Assembly: GCA_963793305.1 (NCBI GenBank)
Contig: CAWBZV010000003.1
Coordinates: forward strand, 192,001 to 256,000
Reading direction: 5' to 3'
Origin: an uncultured Gemmatimonadales bacterium
GTDB taxonomy: Bacteria > Gemmatimonadota > Gemmatimonadetes > Gemmatimonadales > Gemmatimonadaceae
Length of the DNA stretch: 64,000 bases
The position numbers and the translations under genes are program-made. Shown here piece by piece: positions 43,502 through 53,270 of this stretch. Position 1 is the stretch's first letter; the number at the start of each line of letters is the position of its first letter. The notes beneath the pieces were generated by a model that was not told the origin of the DNA, made no database searches, and saw nothing but the letters and a program-made list of their open reading frames with translations.

Positions 43502-44550
43502 CCGAGCCCACCTACACGGTCCCGCGTCTGCTCCTGGTCGACGACGAAGCGACTATAGTCACGGCCCTGGCCAAGTTTCTTCGGTCCCGTGGCTTCGACG
43601 TCCTCACCGCCTCCTCCGGCGAGGAGGCCGTCGCGAAGCTATCCGCATCCGGACCGTTCAAGCTGATGCTATGCGATGTGCGGATGCCCGGTATGACCGG
43701 TGTCGAAGTCGTGTCCAAGGCGCTGTCGATCGATCCCGACCTGGCCGTCGTCATGTTGACCGGCGTGAACGACGCGCCCACGGCAACCGAAGCGCTTGCC
43801 AGAGGTGCGTTTGACTACCTGTTGAAACCGGTCGAGTTGGCTGACCTCCACCAGGCGATCGAACGCTCGCTCCATCGCCGGGATCTGTTGATCGACCGGC
43901 GCAACATTGACCGGGTGATCCGCGAGGAGGTGGACGCCCGGACGAAGGACCTGCAGGAGATGAGCATCGGAACGGTTACCGCGCTGATCAACGCCATGGA
44001 GGCGAAGGACATATATCTCCGTGGGCACTCCGAGCGCATCGCCGAGCTCGCCGCGTCGATCGCCGAGGTACTCGGGCTGGATCCTGACACGGTGGAAAAC
44101 GTCCGCGTCGCGGGTCGGCTTCACGATGTCGGCCAGATCGGCGTTCGCGAGTCGGTTCTGAACAAGCCGGGGCCGCTCACCCCGGAGGAGTACGAGCACG
44201 TCAAGGAGCACGTGTGGATCTCGATTGACATCTTGAAGTCGCTGACGATCGTGCGGGGTGCGCTCGACTACATCCAGGACCACCACGAGCGGTGGGATGG
44301 CCAGGGATACCCGAAGGGGAAGGCGGGGGAGGATATCTCGATCGGCGGCCGCATTCTCGCGGCGGCGGATGCGTTCGACGCGCTCACCTCGCACCGCGCC
44401 TATCGCGAACCGCGGTCACCGAAGGAAACGCTCACGTATCTCGAATCGCATGTTGGCGGTCTCCTCGACCCGCGCATCTACGAGGCGTTGACGAGCGTTG
44501 TGCGGGGGAGAAAAACGCTCGCGTTCTCGTTCATCGACGACACCCATTGA
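43498..44550 (+). CDS. Response regulator with HD-GYP domain
   Basis: Receiver VDDE/CDVRMP; GHSERI, LHDVG, HHERWDGQGYP. Confidence 0.92.
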   Translation: MTEPTYTVPRLLLVDDEATIVTALAKFLRSRGFDVLTASSGEEAVAKLSASGPFKLMLCDVRMPGMTGVEVVSKALSIDPDLAVVMLTGVNDAPTATEALARGAFDYLLKPVELADLHQAIERSLHRRDLLIDRRNIDRVIREEVDARTKDLQEMSIGTVTALINAMEAKDIYLRGHSERIAELAASIAEVLGLDPDTVENVRVAGRLHDVGQIGVRESVLNKPGPLTPEEYEHVKEHVWISIDILKSLTIVRGALDYIQDHHERWDGQGYPKGKAGEDISIGGRILAAADAFDALTSHRAYREPRSPKETLTYLESHVGGLLDPRIYEALTSVVRGRKTLAFSFIDDTH

Positions 44551-44612
44551 CTTCGATGCCCTCGGCGTTGTATTTCCGGGCGACCTGAAATTCATACTTT
44601 GAGGAGGCGGTC

Positions 44613-45152
44613 ATGCCGCGCGGCGATGAACTGAACGAAGAGCTCCGCTTCTCCGACCGTGACGACGAAGGCGACGACGTTGGATACGGCGGCGGGGGCG
44701 CAGGCGGAGGCGGGGCTGCCTACGACGACGACGAGGAGGAAGAGGACGGCGGGTGGGCGATCACGAAAGACCACAGCGAGGAGCTGTGGGATTCCGCCGA
44801 GGATGGTGACGATGACGACGAGGAGGAGGGGGAAATAGTCGTCGCCGAGGTTGAGGGCGAGGAAGAGGACGGCGACCTGTTCGCCGAGCCGAAGCCGAAA
44901 GCTGCTCGCTCGCCTGCCAAACAGCCGGCTAAGGCTGCGGGCAAGAAAGCAGCGGCCAAGAAAGCGGCGCCGGCGAAGAAGGCTGGCGTGAAGAAAGCAT
45001 CCGCGAAGAAGGCGCCGGCGAAGAAAGGCAAGAAAGTCGCGAAGAAAGCTGCTTCTTCTAAGAAGGCCGCCAAGAAGGGCAAGAAGGCCGTGGCCAAGAA
45101 AGGCGGCGGGAAGAAGGCCAAGAAGGGCGGGAAAAAGGGTAAGCGCCGCTAG
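44613..45152 (+). CDS. Acidic/basic low-complexity histone-H1-like protein
   Basis: D/E-rich N-half, K/A-rich C-half; SD GAGGAGG; downstream hairpin. Confidence 0.75.
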   Translation: MPRGDELNEELRFSDRDDEGDDVGYGGGGAGGGGAAYDDDEEEEDGGWAITKDHSEELWDSAEDGDDDDEEEGEIVVAEVEGEEEDGDLFAEPKPKAARSPAKQPAKAAGKKAAAKKAAPAKKAGVKKASAKKAPAKKGKKVAKKAASSKKAAKKGKKAVAKKGGGKKAKKGGKKGKRR

Positions 45153-45171
45153 TCCGGTCGCTTTCCAGCCA

Positions 45172-45202
45172 AAGGGGGCGTTCCCACTCGGACCGCCCCC
45201 TT
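45172..45202 (+). terminator. Probable rho-independent terminator
   Basis: AAGGGGGCGTTCC...GGACCGCCCCCTT hairpin followed by GTT. Confidence 0.6.
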
Positions 45203-45300
45203 GTTGCATCGCGGCCGAGCTCGGCGGCGGGATGGATCCATGCGCTAGCGACCAAGCGTAGTTCTCGCTGCCTGCAGCAGTGGCCGTTATTGTAGATCCT

Positions 45301-45849
45301 ATGAACGAATCGCCCGTGACCTTGCTCCGTGCGCACGCCAACCACGCGCCGTGGAACGCGCGCGGCCTCGCGTCGCACGCCACAGCGCTCGTCGACGCCG
45401 CGGGAGTCCGCCCGACGAACGCGTCGGCTCGAGCGGCGCCGAGCGCACGCGCGATCCGGTTCTACGTGGCGAGCGGCCTGTTGGACCGCCCGGAGGGCAC
45501 CGGGACAGCGGCGACGTACCATTACCGTCACCTGCTGCAGCTGCTCTCGATCAAGATCCGCCAGAGAGAAGGCCAAACGCTCGATCACATCAAGCGCGAG
45601 CTGACGGGAGTCACGGGCGATGCCCTCGAGCGCCGGGTTGCCCAGTCCCTGGCGCCGGCGCTCAATGCGGGAAGCATGAGCGTGAGCCTCCCGCGTGAGG
45701 TGTCGTCCGTGCTGTCCTGGCGACGGCTGCCGGTAGCCGACGGCGTCGAGCTGCACGTCCGCGAAGACTCCCCGGCAGCGCGCGACGACGCCCTCGTCGC
45801 GATCCGCGAGGCGGTCCGCGCCGCGCTCGGTCGCCCGGAAATCCGATAG
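45301..45849 (+). CDS. MerR-like HTH protein
   Basis: ARAIRFYVASGLLDRP...YHYRHLLQL; WRRLPVADGVELHV. Confidence 0.8.
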   Translation: MNESPVTLLRAHANHAPWNARGLASHATALVDAAGVRPTNASARAAPSARAIRFYVASGLLDRPEGTGTAATYHYRHLLQLLSIKIRQREGQTLDHIKRELTGVTGDALERRVAQSLAPALNAGSMSVSLPREVSSVLSWRRLPVADGVELHVREDSPAARDDALVAIREAVRAALGRPEIR

Positions 45850-45854
45850 CCACC

Positions 45855-46563
45855 ATGCGCTTCGCCGACAGCCTCATCGTCATCACGGGTGTCGGCCGTG
45901 AGGAACAGGTCGGCGACGCCGTCGCTCACGCCTTCGCGGCCGAGGGAGCATCCCTGGCGCTGCTCGACCTGAACGCCGACGCGCTCAATGCACGCGCCGC
46001 CGCGCTCCGAGCGGCGAGCGCACGCGTCTCGGCGTATCCCTGCGACATGACCGACGTCGGCCAGGTGACTGCCGTTGCCGGGCGTATCAGCGTCGAGTTC
46101 GGCCGGGTCGACGCGTTCGTCCACGTCGCCGGCGGATTCGCGCTCAGTGGACCGATCGGCGACAGCGACCCGGCCGTATTCGCGAAGCAGATCGCGATCA
46201 ACCTGACCACGGCCTACGTCGCGTCCCGCGCATTCGTCCCTTTGCTCAAGGACACCGTCGGCAGCGCCGTGTACTTCGCCTCGGCGACGGTTCTCCCCGG
46301 GAGCCCGACGTCAGGTCTCGCCGGCTACTCCGCCGCAAAGTCGGGTGTCGTGGGCCTCATGCGCGCAGTCGCGGATGAGGGAAGAGCACGGGGCGTCCGC
46401 GCCAACGCCGTCGCCCCGATAGCGATTCGCACCGGCGACAACCTGCGGGCGATGGGCGACAAAGCGAAGTACGTCGAGCGACAGGCCGTCGCCGACGTTC
46501 GTGTTATACCTCTCGTCGCCAGCCGCGCGGGCGATCACCGGCCAGGTGATCGCTCTCGCGTGA
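45855..46563 (+). CDS. SDR-family oxidoreductase, frameshift at ~46499
   Basis: ITGVG, YSAAK, VRANAVAP; corrected end ADVVLYLSSPAARAITGQVIALA*. Confidence 0.88.
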
Positions 46564-46564
46564 C

Positions 46565-47396
46565 ATGCGCAAGAGCGCAACGCGCCCGGTTGTCCTCGAT
46601 CGATCGATCGAAGCCCTCCCGCTGTTCCGACTCAGCGACTCGTCGGACAGCGACGCCGCGCTAACGTACGAGCCCTCGACCGGCGGTAGGTGGCGGGTGC
46701 TGCCGGCGCCCGGCGACCGGCTGCCCGGAACGTTCGACCAGGACGTTTACGTCGAGATCCTGCACCGTTACGCCACCGCGGGCGGCGACGGCGTCGTCCA
46801 CTTCACGTTGCACGCGTTTCTTCGATCAATGGGACGGCGTGTGGACGGCCGGACCTACGAGCAACTCCGGGGGGCGTTGAGTCGACTCGAACGGACCGTT
46901 CTCGAGTCGACCCAAGCCTATTTCGCCGCGCCGGCCGGCCGGAATATCGACGCCCGTTTTACCATTCTGACATTCTGTGGCGATCGACCGTCGACGCTCG
47001 GCGGACAGGGAGCAGCTCCCGCTCTTCGAGGCGATAGCGGCGGCTGAGCCCGGCGACGCCCGTGTGACTTTGTCTCCCGTGTTGAGAGCCAATCTCCGTG
47101 CGGGCCACACGATTACGCTCTCGGGCGCTGCCTATGCGGCTCTGGCCTCACCCACGGCCCGGCGACTCTATAGGCTGCTGGAGGTGGCCCGAGCCGACGG
47201 CCGGGTCGCATGGCGAGTTGCGCTCGACGCCCTGGCTGGACAGCTTCCGCTGAGTCAGCGGTACCCGTCGCATCTTCACCGGGTTCTGCAGCCGGCGCAC
47301 GACTTGCTGGTCGGGGCGGGAATCGTTCGTGATGCCGTGATTCGGCAACATCAGCGGGATTGGTTCGTCGATTACGTGCTGGCGTCGCGTACCTAG
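46565..47396 (+). CDS. Plasmid-type replication initiator protein A-like winged-helix protein, frameshift at ~46974
   Basis: EALPLFRLS, LPGTFDQDVY, GRTYEQLRGALSRL, LASPTARRLYRLL. Confidence 0.7.
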
Positions 47397-47438
47397 CACG
47401 CTTGCACCTCTGACTACCCGAGACGGAGCAACCCACCA

Positions 47439-47657
47439 ATGGCCACGAAGCTAGACAAGACGATCAAGCGGGAGCTGGACATGGAAGGCCACGCCTATAC
47501 GGTCGCGATCTCACCGGACGGCGTGAAGTTGACCCAAAAAGGCTTCCGAAAGGGGCGTGTGATGTCCTGGAAGTATTTTTGGGAACATGGTACTGATGAG
47601 GCAAGCAACGGCGAGCACGCCGGCTCCGGAACTCCTCAGTCGCCAGCGAGTAAGTAA
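47439..47657 (+). CDS. Small hypothetical protein
   Basis: MATKLDKTIKREL..YTVAISPDGVKLTQKGFRKG; SD GGAG. Confidence 0.7.
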   Translation: MATKLDKTIKRELDMEGHAYTVAISPDGVKLTQKGFRKGRVMSWKYFWEHGTDEASNGEHAGSGTPQSPASK

Positions 47658-47723
47658 CATATTCGTGAGCAATAACTTGGCTGTTTAGCTGGCATTTCTT
47701 TTTCCTTTCGTCACCGAGCCCGT

Positions 47724-49319
47724 ATGTCCCGCCGTACTCTCCGTTCCGCGACCGTGGTCGCCTTAGGGTTAGTCGTCCTGGTCGCCGGGGGCTTCATCGT
47801 TCAGGCGCGAGCGGTGCACGATGGTGCACGCCTGTTCGACCAGGTCCTGACCCTCGTATCCGACCGCTTCGTGGACACGCTCGACCAGGGCGCCTTGTAC
47901 GAGAAGGCGGCCGAAGGGTTGGTCCATGAGCTGAACGATCCGTACACCGAGCTCCTGCAGCCGAAGAAGCTGACCGAGTTCTCGCGACGGACGGGCGGCC
48001 GCTACGGCGGCGTCGGCATGGAGATCGGCGAAACGCCGCAGGGCCAGATCATCATCAATCGGGTCTTCCCCCATACGCCGGCCGAAGAGGCGGGCGTCCA
48101 AGAGGGGGACCATATCATTGGCGTCGACACCATCAGCACGATCGGCTGGAAGATCCAGCAGGTGTCCGACTACCTCGTCGGAACCCCGGGGACCAAGGTC
48201 TCGGTCAAGTTCTCGCGCCCTGGAGTCCCCGAGCCGCTGGTCGACCACTTCGCGCGGGCGATCATCCATATCCCGGCGGTCCCGTACGCGATCATGCTCG
48301 ATGGCAACATCGCGTACATCCCGCTGCAGCAGTTCAATGAGGACGCGAGCGACGACCTGGAAGCCGCGCTCAAGAGCCTGGTCGTCAAACAAGGCGCCAA
48401 AGGCGTTGTCCTCGACCTGCGTGATGATCCAGGCGGGATCCTCGACCAGGCGCTCATGGTCAGCAATCTCTTCCTGAAAGAAGGCCAGGAGATCCTGAGC
48501 GTCCGCGGCCGCAACACGGAGCCGCAGGTCTATCTTGCAAAGGCGAAGCCGATCGCACCGTCAGTGCCCCTCGTGGTTCTGACCAACGGCGGCAGCGCCT
48601 CGGCCTCCGAGATCGTGGCCGGCGCGCTCCAGGACCACGACCGCGCATTGGTCGTCGGCCAGACCTCGTTCGGCAAGGGGCTCGTGCAGACCCTCTTCCC
48701 GCTCGACGGTGGGTACGCGCTCAAGATGACGACGGCCAAGTGGTATACGCCGAGCGGGCGCTCGATCCAGAAGGAGCGGAAGCTGCTGGCCGATGGCGAG
48801 TTCGTCGAAGTCCATCCCGACTCGCTCGAGACCGACTCGGCCAAGAAGGCGCGCCCGGCGTTCAAGTCCGACGCGGGTCGCACGGTCTATGGCGGCGGCG
48901 CCATCACGCCCGACGTAATGGTCAAGCCGGATACGCTCACCACGGCCGAGCAGCAGTTCATCAAGACCGTCTCGCCCAAGGGGCAGATCGTCTATCAGAC
49001 CCTGTCGGCCTACGCGCTCGATCTCAAGCCAAAGGCCGCGACCAAGGACTATAAGTTCCAGCCCGCGTGGCATGACTCGCTCTACAAGCGCCTGACCGAC
49101 GCCGGCGTCACCGTCTCGCGTGCGTCGTATGACTCGGCTTCGCGCTATGTCGATCGGCTGCTCGATCTGCGCATCGCGCGCTATGCGTACGGGGATTCGA
49201 CCGCCAAGCGGCGCGATCTCTCGGAGGACCCGCAGCTCAAGAAGGCTGTCGAGTTGCTTCAGAAGGGGCAGACGCAGAAGGATCTGTTCGCGGTCGCGCT
49301 CACTAGCGCGACGAAGTGA
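47724..49319 (+). CDS. S41 C-terminal processing protease with PDZ domain
   Basis: LDLRDDPGG, SASASEIVAGALQD, FGKG. Confidence 0.93.
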   Translation: MSRRTLRSATVVALGLVVLVAGGFIVQARAVHDGARLFDQVLTLVSDRFVDTLDQGALYEKAAEGLVHELNDPYTELLQPKKLTEFSRRTGGRYGGVGMEIGETPQGQIIINRVFPHTPAEEAGVQEGDHIIGVDTISTIGWKIQQVSDYLVGTPGTKVSVKFSRPGVPEPLVDHFARAIIHIPAVPYAIMLDGNIAYIPLQQFNEDASDDLEAALKSLVVKQGAKGVVLDLRDDPGGILDQALMVSNLFLKEGQEILSVRGRNTEPQVYLAKAKPIAPSVPLVVLTNGGSASASEIVAGALQDHDRALVVGQTSFGKGLVQTLFPLDGGYALKMTTAKWYTPSGRSIQKERKLLADGEFVEVHPDSLETDSAKKARPAFKSDAGRTVYGGGAITPDVMVKPDTLTTAEQQFIKTVSPKGQIVYQTLSAYALDLKPKAATKDYKFQPAWHDSLYKRLTDAGVTVSRASYDSASRYVDRLLDLRIARYAYGDSTAKRRDLSEDPQLKKAVELLQKGQTQKDLFAVALTSATK

Positions 49320-50344
49320 CACGGTCACTGCTAACGGCGGTCGCCCTCGTGGCGGCCGCCGTTTTCACATCGCACCAGGACGAAGGGCGCCACCTCGCCA
49401 ATATCCGTCGCCTGACGCACACCGGGGCGAACGCCGAGGCGTATTTCAGCTTGGACGGCAAGTGGCTGACGTTCCAGTCGACCCGCGATGGTCGTGCGTG
49501 TGATCAGCAGTACACCATGCGCACCGATGGCTCGTCGTTACACCGTATCTCGAACGGCACAGGCAAGACGACGTGCGGCGCTTTCTTCGACAAGGACCGA
49601 AAGATCTTCTTCGCCTCCACGCACGCGGCCGACACAGCCTGCCCGCCAAGACCCGACCCGTCTAAGGGTTATGTCTGGGGCCTCGACGCGTTTGATATCT
49701 ATACGGCGAATCGGGATGGATCTGGCCTGAAGCGACTCACGAATTACGGGACGTACACGGCCGAGGGGACGCTCTCGCCAGACGGCAAGCGGATCGTGTT
49801 CACGAGCCTGAAGGATGGAGACCTAGAGCTCTACACGATGAACGTGGACGGCACCGACGTTCGCCGTCTCACGCACACACTCGGCTACGACGGCGGCGCG
49901 TGGTTCTCGCCCGACGGGTCGAAGATCGTGTATCGTGCGTATCACCCGACCGACTCGGCCGAAGTGGCCGACTACAAGGCGCTCTTGGCGCAGCACATCG
50001 TGCGGCCGATCAAGATGGAAATCTGGATCATGAACGCTGACGGCTCGGACCAGCACCAGATCACGCACTTGGGCGGCGCCAACTTCGCGCCGTACTTCAC
50101 GATCGACGGCAAGCGGATCATCTTCGCGTCGAACTACCTGCATCCGCACGGACCGGAAGCGAAGAACTTCGACCTCTATCTCATCGACCTCGACGGGTCG
50201 CGCCTCGAGCAGGTGACGACCGACCCGGGGTTCGACGGTTTCCCCGAGTTCAGCCCCGACGGTCGCCAGATCGTGTGGGAAAGCAGCCGCGGCACCACCG
50301 GCCCCTCGGATCTCGACATATTTATAGCTGACTGGAAACCGTAG
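49316..50344 (+). CDS. TolB-like PD40 beta-propeller protein
   Basis: Repeated FSPDG motifs; signal peptide. Confidence 0.88.
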   Translation: MTRSLLTAVALVAAAVFTSHQDEGRHLANIRRLTHTGANAEAYFSLDGKWLTFQSTRDGRACDQQYTMRTDGSSLHRISNGTGKTTCGAFFDKDRKIFFASTHAADTACPPRPDPSKGYVWGLDAFDIYTANRDGSGLKRLTNYGTYTAEGTLSPDGKRIVFTSLKDGDLELYTMNVDGTDVRRLTHTLGYDGGAWFSPDGSKIVYRAYHPTDSAEVADYKALLAQHIVRPIKMEIWIMNADGSDQHQITHLGGANFAPYFTIDGKRIIFASNYLHPHGPEAKNFDLYLIDLDGSRLEQVTTDPGFDGFPEFSPDGRQIVWESSRGTTGPSDLDIFIADWKP

Positions 50345-50353
50345 GAGAACACT

Positions 50354-51376
50354 ATGTTCGCCATTTCGCTGTTGGTGGCCTTCCTGGTAATTGCTGGCCT
50401 CTTCACGCTCACGAGCTCGATCAAGATCATCGGCCAGGCCGAGGTGATGGTGATCGAGCGGTTTGGCCGGTTCAATCGCGTCGGACGATCCGGCTTCAAC
50501 CTCCTGATCCCGTTCATCGACCGCCCGCGGACGATCGATGTGCGGGTGTTCGACACCGATGTCAACGGCGTGAAGCGGATCACGGCCGGGTCGACCGCGC
50601 GCATCGATCTGCGCGAGCAGGTGCTCAACTTCCCGACCCAGCCGGTGATCACGAAGGACAACGTCACGATCGACATCGACGCCGTCATCTACTATCGCGT
50701 GGCCGACCCGCAGAAAGCGACCTACGCGATCCAGAACCTGCCGTTCGCCCTCGAGACGCTGACGCGGACCACGCTCCGGAACATCGTTGGCGAGATGGAG
50801 CTCGATCAGACGCTGGGCTCACGCGACACGATCAATCGGCGCATGAAGGACGTGATCGAGGAGGCGTCGATCGGCTGGGGCGTCGACGTGACGCGCGTCG
50901 AGCTGCAGTCGATCGATCCGCCGCGTGACATACAGCAGTCGATGGAGCTGCAAATGCGCGCCGAGCGCGAGCGGCGTGCCGCGGTGACGAACGCCGAGGC
51001 CGGGAAGCGCGCGGCGATCCTCGAGGCCGAGGGCGTCCGGGAGTCGGCGGTGCTACGCGCGCAGGGCGCGGCGGAGGCGCGGTTGGCGATGGCGGCCGCC
51101 GAGGCCGAGACGATCGCGAAAATTCGGGCCTCGCTGCCGCCGGGCGAAGCGGCGATCTATCTGCTCGGTCTCCGGTACTTCGAGGCGCTGCCGCAGCTGG
51201 CCGCGGGCAAAGGCTCGACGGTGTTTATGCCGGCCGATGCGGCTGGTCTCATGGGCGCGATCGGCAGCTTGCGCGAGCTGCTCAAGATCGGCGCCGCGAC
51301 GTCGCCCGTACCGGACGGCACGACTCCGCCAACGGCCCGCACATCCACTGTGCCGCCGCCAGCGCTCAAGCCGTGA
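50354..51376 (+). CDS. SPFH/band 7 (stomatin/QmcA-like) protein
   Basis: VITKDNV, TTLRNIVGEMELD, QMRAERERRA. Confidence 0.92.
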   Translation: MFAISLLVAFLVIAGLFTLTSSIKIIGQAEVMVIERFGRFNRVGRSGFNLLIPFIDRPRTIDVRVFDTDVNGVKRITAGSTARIDLREQVLNFPTQPVITKDNVTIDIDAVIYYRVADPQKATYAIQNLPFALETLTRTTLRNIVGEMELDQTLGSRDTINRRMKDVIEEASIGWGVDVTRVELQSIDPPRDIQQSMELQMRAERERRAAVTNAEAGKRAAILEAEGVRESAVLRAQGAAEARLAMAAAEAETIAKIRASLPPGEAAIYLLGLRYFEALPQLAAGKGSTVFMPADAAGLMGAIGSLRELLKIGAATSPVPDGTTPPTARTSTVPPPALKP

Positions 51377-51588
51377 TCTCGCAGGATCGCGCCACCCGCA
51401 TCGCTCGCGCGCACGCGTGCGAGCAATGCGGGGAGTACAACTACAAGCGCCTCGTCGTCAAACCCGCGACCGACACCGACCGAACCGAGCTCGGCGAGAG
51501 CTGGCACGCCTTCAAGACCTGCGGCGTGTGCGGGATGGAGCACGAAATGGGAATAGACGACGAGGGCGAGATCGTCTACGTGACGTAG
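51373..51588 (+). CDS. Small CxxC-CxxC zinc-binding protein
   Basis: CEQC and CGVC; GTGA overlap with SPFH stop. Confidence 0.7.
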   Translation: MISQDRATRIARAHACEQCGEYNYKRLVVKPATDTDRTELGESWHAFKTCGVCGMEHEMGIDDEGEIVYVT

Positions 51589-51753
51589 GACGCGCAGCGG
51601 CCAACGGAAGTGGCCACTGGAACGTTCTCCACATTACCCCGGTATAAGGGGCGCTGGGTGTCCCCCGTACCCAGGGAAGCACCTGAATCACTGTGAACGC
51701 CTGCCTTAGGCGGTTACTTTTCTTCACAGTGAGTGCACTCTCGAGGAGGTAGG

Positions 51754-51963
51754 ATGCGGAAGCCACGCCCGAACACATACAATCCAGCCCAGGCGCTGCA
51801 TTTGATTGCCAGCGACCGGAACGGATCTCCACTGAGTTGTCCGTCTTGCTCCGGTCCAATCGAGCGCGATCCGGGCCGATTTCCGCCCCCTCCCAAGTCT
51901 CACGTCACGCTGAAGTGCACCCGCTGTGGCCGGTTCGCCCGCTATATCGCCGGGGCCGCCTGA
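51754..51963 (+). CDS. Small zinc-ribbon protein
   Basis: CPSC and CTRC; SD GAGGAGGT. Confidence 0.65.
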   Translation: MRKPRPNTYNPAQALHLIASDRNGSPLSCPSCSGPIERDPGRFPPPPKSHVTLKCTRCGRFARYIAGAA

Positions 51964-52078
51964 CCCACTCTTCCCCGTTTCGGCAGGATTTTTGCGCTCT
52001 CCGTTTAGCTTGGATGTATGGAGGCCCAGGTTAGAGCGTAACAGTCAGCCCCGGTAGGGGAAGAAGAGGAATGGTTTC

Positions 52079-52285
52079 ATGGCACGTCTCAACGGCACTG
52101 TGAAGTGGTTCAACGACGCGAAGGGCTTCGGCTTTATCTCCCGTGAGGGAGGACCGGACGTCTTCGTCCACTTCAGCGCGATCCAAGGCAACGGGTTCAA
52201 ATCCCTGTCCGAAGGCGACCGCGTGGAGTTCGAGATCGTACAGGGTCAAAAGGGTCCGCAAGCCGCAGACGTTATCAAGGCGTAA
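52079..52285 (+). CDS. Cold-shock protein (CspA family)
   Basis: [15 protein letters not shown] (RNP1) and DVFVHFSAI (RNP2). Confidence 0.97.
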   Translation: MARLNGTVKWFNDAKGFGFISREGGPDVFVHFSAIQGNGFKSLSEGDRVEFEIVQGQKGPQAADVIKA

Positions 52286-52304
52286 CGGCGCCCGAGTCAC
52301 TGGT

Positions 52305-52337
52305 GACGCCCCAGGGCCTTTAGGCCATGGGGCGTTG
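52305..52337 (+). terminator. GC-rich hairpin after csp gene
   Basis: GACGCCCCAGGGCCT...AGGCCATGGGGCGTT; weak U-tract. Confidence 0.5.
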
Positions 52338-52362
52338 CCGTTAGGGGGCGCCGTGTTACGCA

Positions 52363-53004
52363 TTGGCCCGGGTGGTCGTCCAATTCCAGATGCGGTCCAT
52401 CCGTGTGCGTCACCTATTCGCGGGGTTAGCCGCCTGCAGCGCGGGCGCGGTGAGCGTTGGCGCGCAAGCGCCACGCGCTTTTCCGGCGCACATGCACCCG
52501 ACGGCCGTGACGACCACGCACCTGGTCGCTGTCCGCGGCGAGATCGACGGCGAGACGATTGTGAGCACGGCGAAGCACTATATCGGCGTGCCCTACGTCT
52601 TAGGCGGAACCACGCCGCGCGCATTCGACTGTTCCGGCTTCGTGCGCTACGTCTTCGCGCAGCACGGCATCCTGCTCCCGCGCACCGCCCACGAGCAGGC
52701 CGCACTCGGCGAAGCCCCGAACCCGGGTGACACCCTGCAAGCCGGCGATCTCCTGTTCTTCTACGGCGGCGAGGGCGCCCAGCACATCGCGATGTACGTG
52801 GGCGGCGACACGATCATTCACGCGTCGAGCGTCCACCATCACGTGCGGCTCGATGTGCTGACCCACTACGGGGTCCGCCGCAGCTGGTTCAACCAGCGCC
52901 TGATCGCCGTGCGCCGGCTGCTGCCGATGGAGGGCCTGTCGTACATCCGGACCTCGGCCCCGCCGTCGTACTCGCTCACCACCGCGAGCAGACCCGCACT
53001 ATGA
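52363..53004 (+). CDS. NlpC/P60 cell-wall peptidase (start uncertain)
   Basis: YIGVPYVLGG, FDCSGFV, GDLLFF, HIAMY..IIHAS. Confidence 0.9.
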   Translation: MARVVVQFQMRSIRVRHLFAGLAACSAGAVSVGAQAPRAFPAHMHPTAVTTTHLVAVRGEIDGETIVSTAKHYIGVPYVLGGTTPRAFDCSGFVRYVFAQHGILLPRTAHEQAALGEAPNPGDTLQAGDLLFFYGGEGAQHIAMYVGGDTIIHASSVHHHVRLDVLTHYGVRRSWFNQRLIAVRRLLPMEGLSYIRTSAPPSYSLTTASRPAL

Positions 53005-53270
53005 CGCTCGATCCCGAGCCGCTCTATACCCGCCAACTCCCTGGTGGCGGTTACGTCGTCATCGAGGCGACGCGGCACGACGCCGAGGTCAGCCTGCGCC
53101 TATACGTCGAGCGCCGGGTCGACCCGAAGCGCCGCACCGGCCACCAGCCACCGGTCGTGGCCGAGATCACGGGCGTCGATCGCGAGCGCGGGGTCCGCCA
53201 ACTGGTGCGGATCGCCGAGAACAACGTCGAAGTCGCCCGCGCCCTGCAGCGCTGGCAAATTAGTCGCTAG
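53001..53270 (+). CDS. Hypothetical protein
   Basis: ATGA overlap with the NlpC gene; fills the gap. Confidence 0.6.
   Translation: MTLDPEPLYTRQLPGGGYVVIEATRHDAEVSLRLYVERRVDPKRRTGHQPPVVAEITGVDRERGVRQLVRIAENNVEVARALQRWQISR

Noticed and set aside
2704..47396. Calling the split genes pseudogenes or programmed frameshifts
   Set aside because: Both halves are intact, each break is a single extra base, and the shared motifs occur in both orientations; sequencing artefact is the simpler explanation
47658..47723. AT-rich stretch as an origin for the RepA-like protein
   Set aside because: Short, with no iterons or DnaA boxes seen; more likely the promoter of the S41 operon
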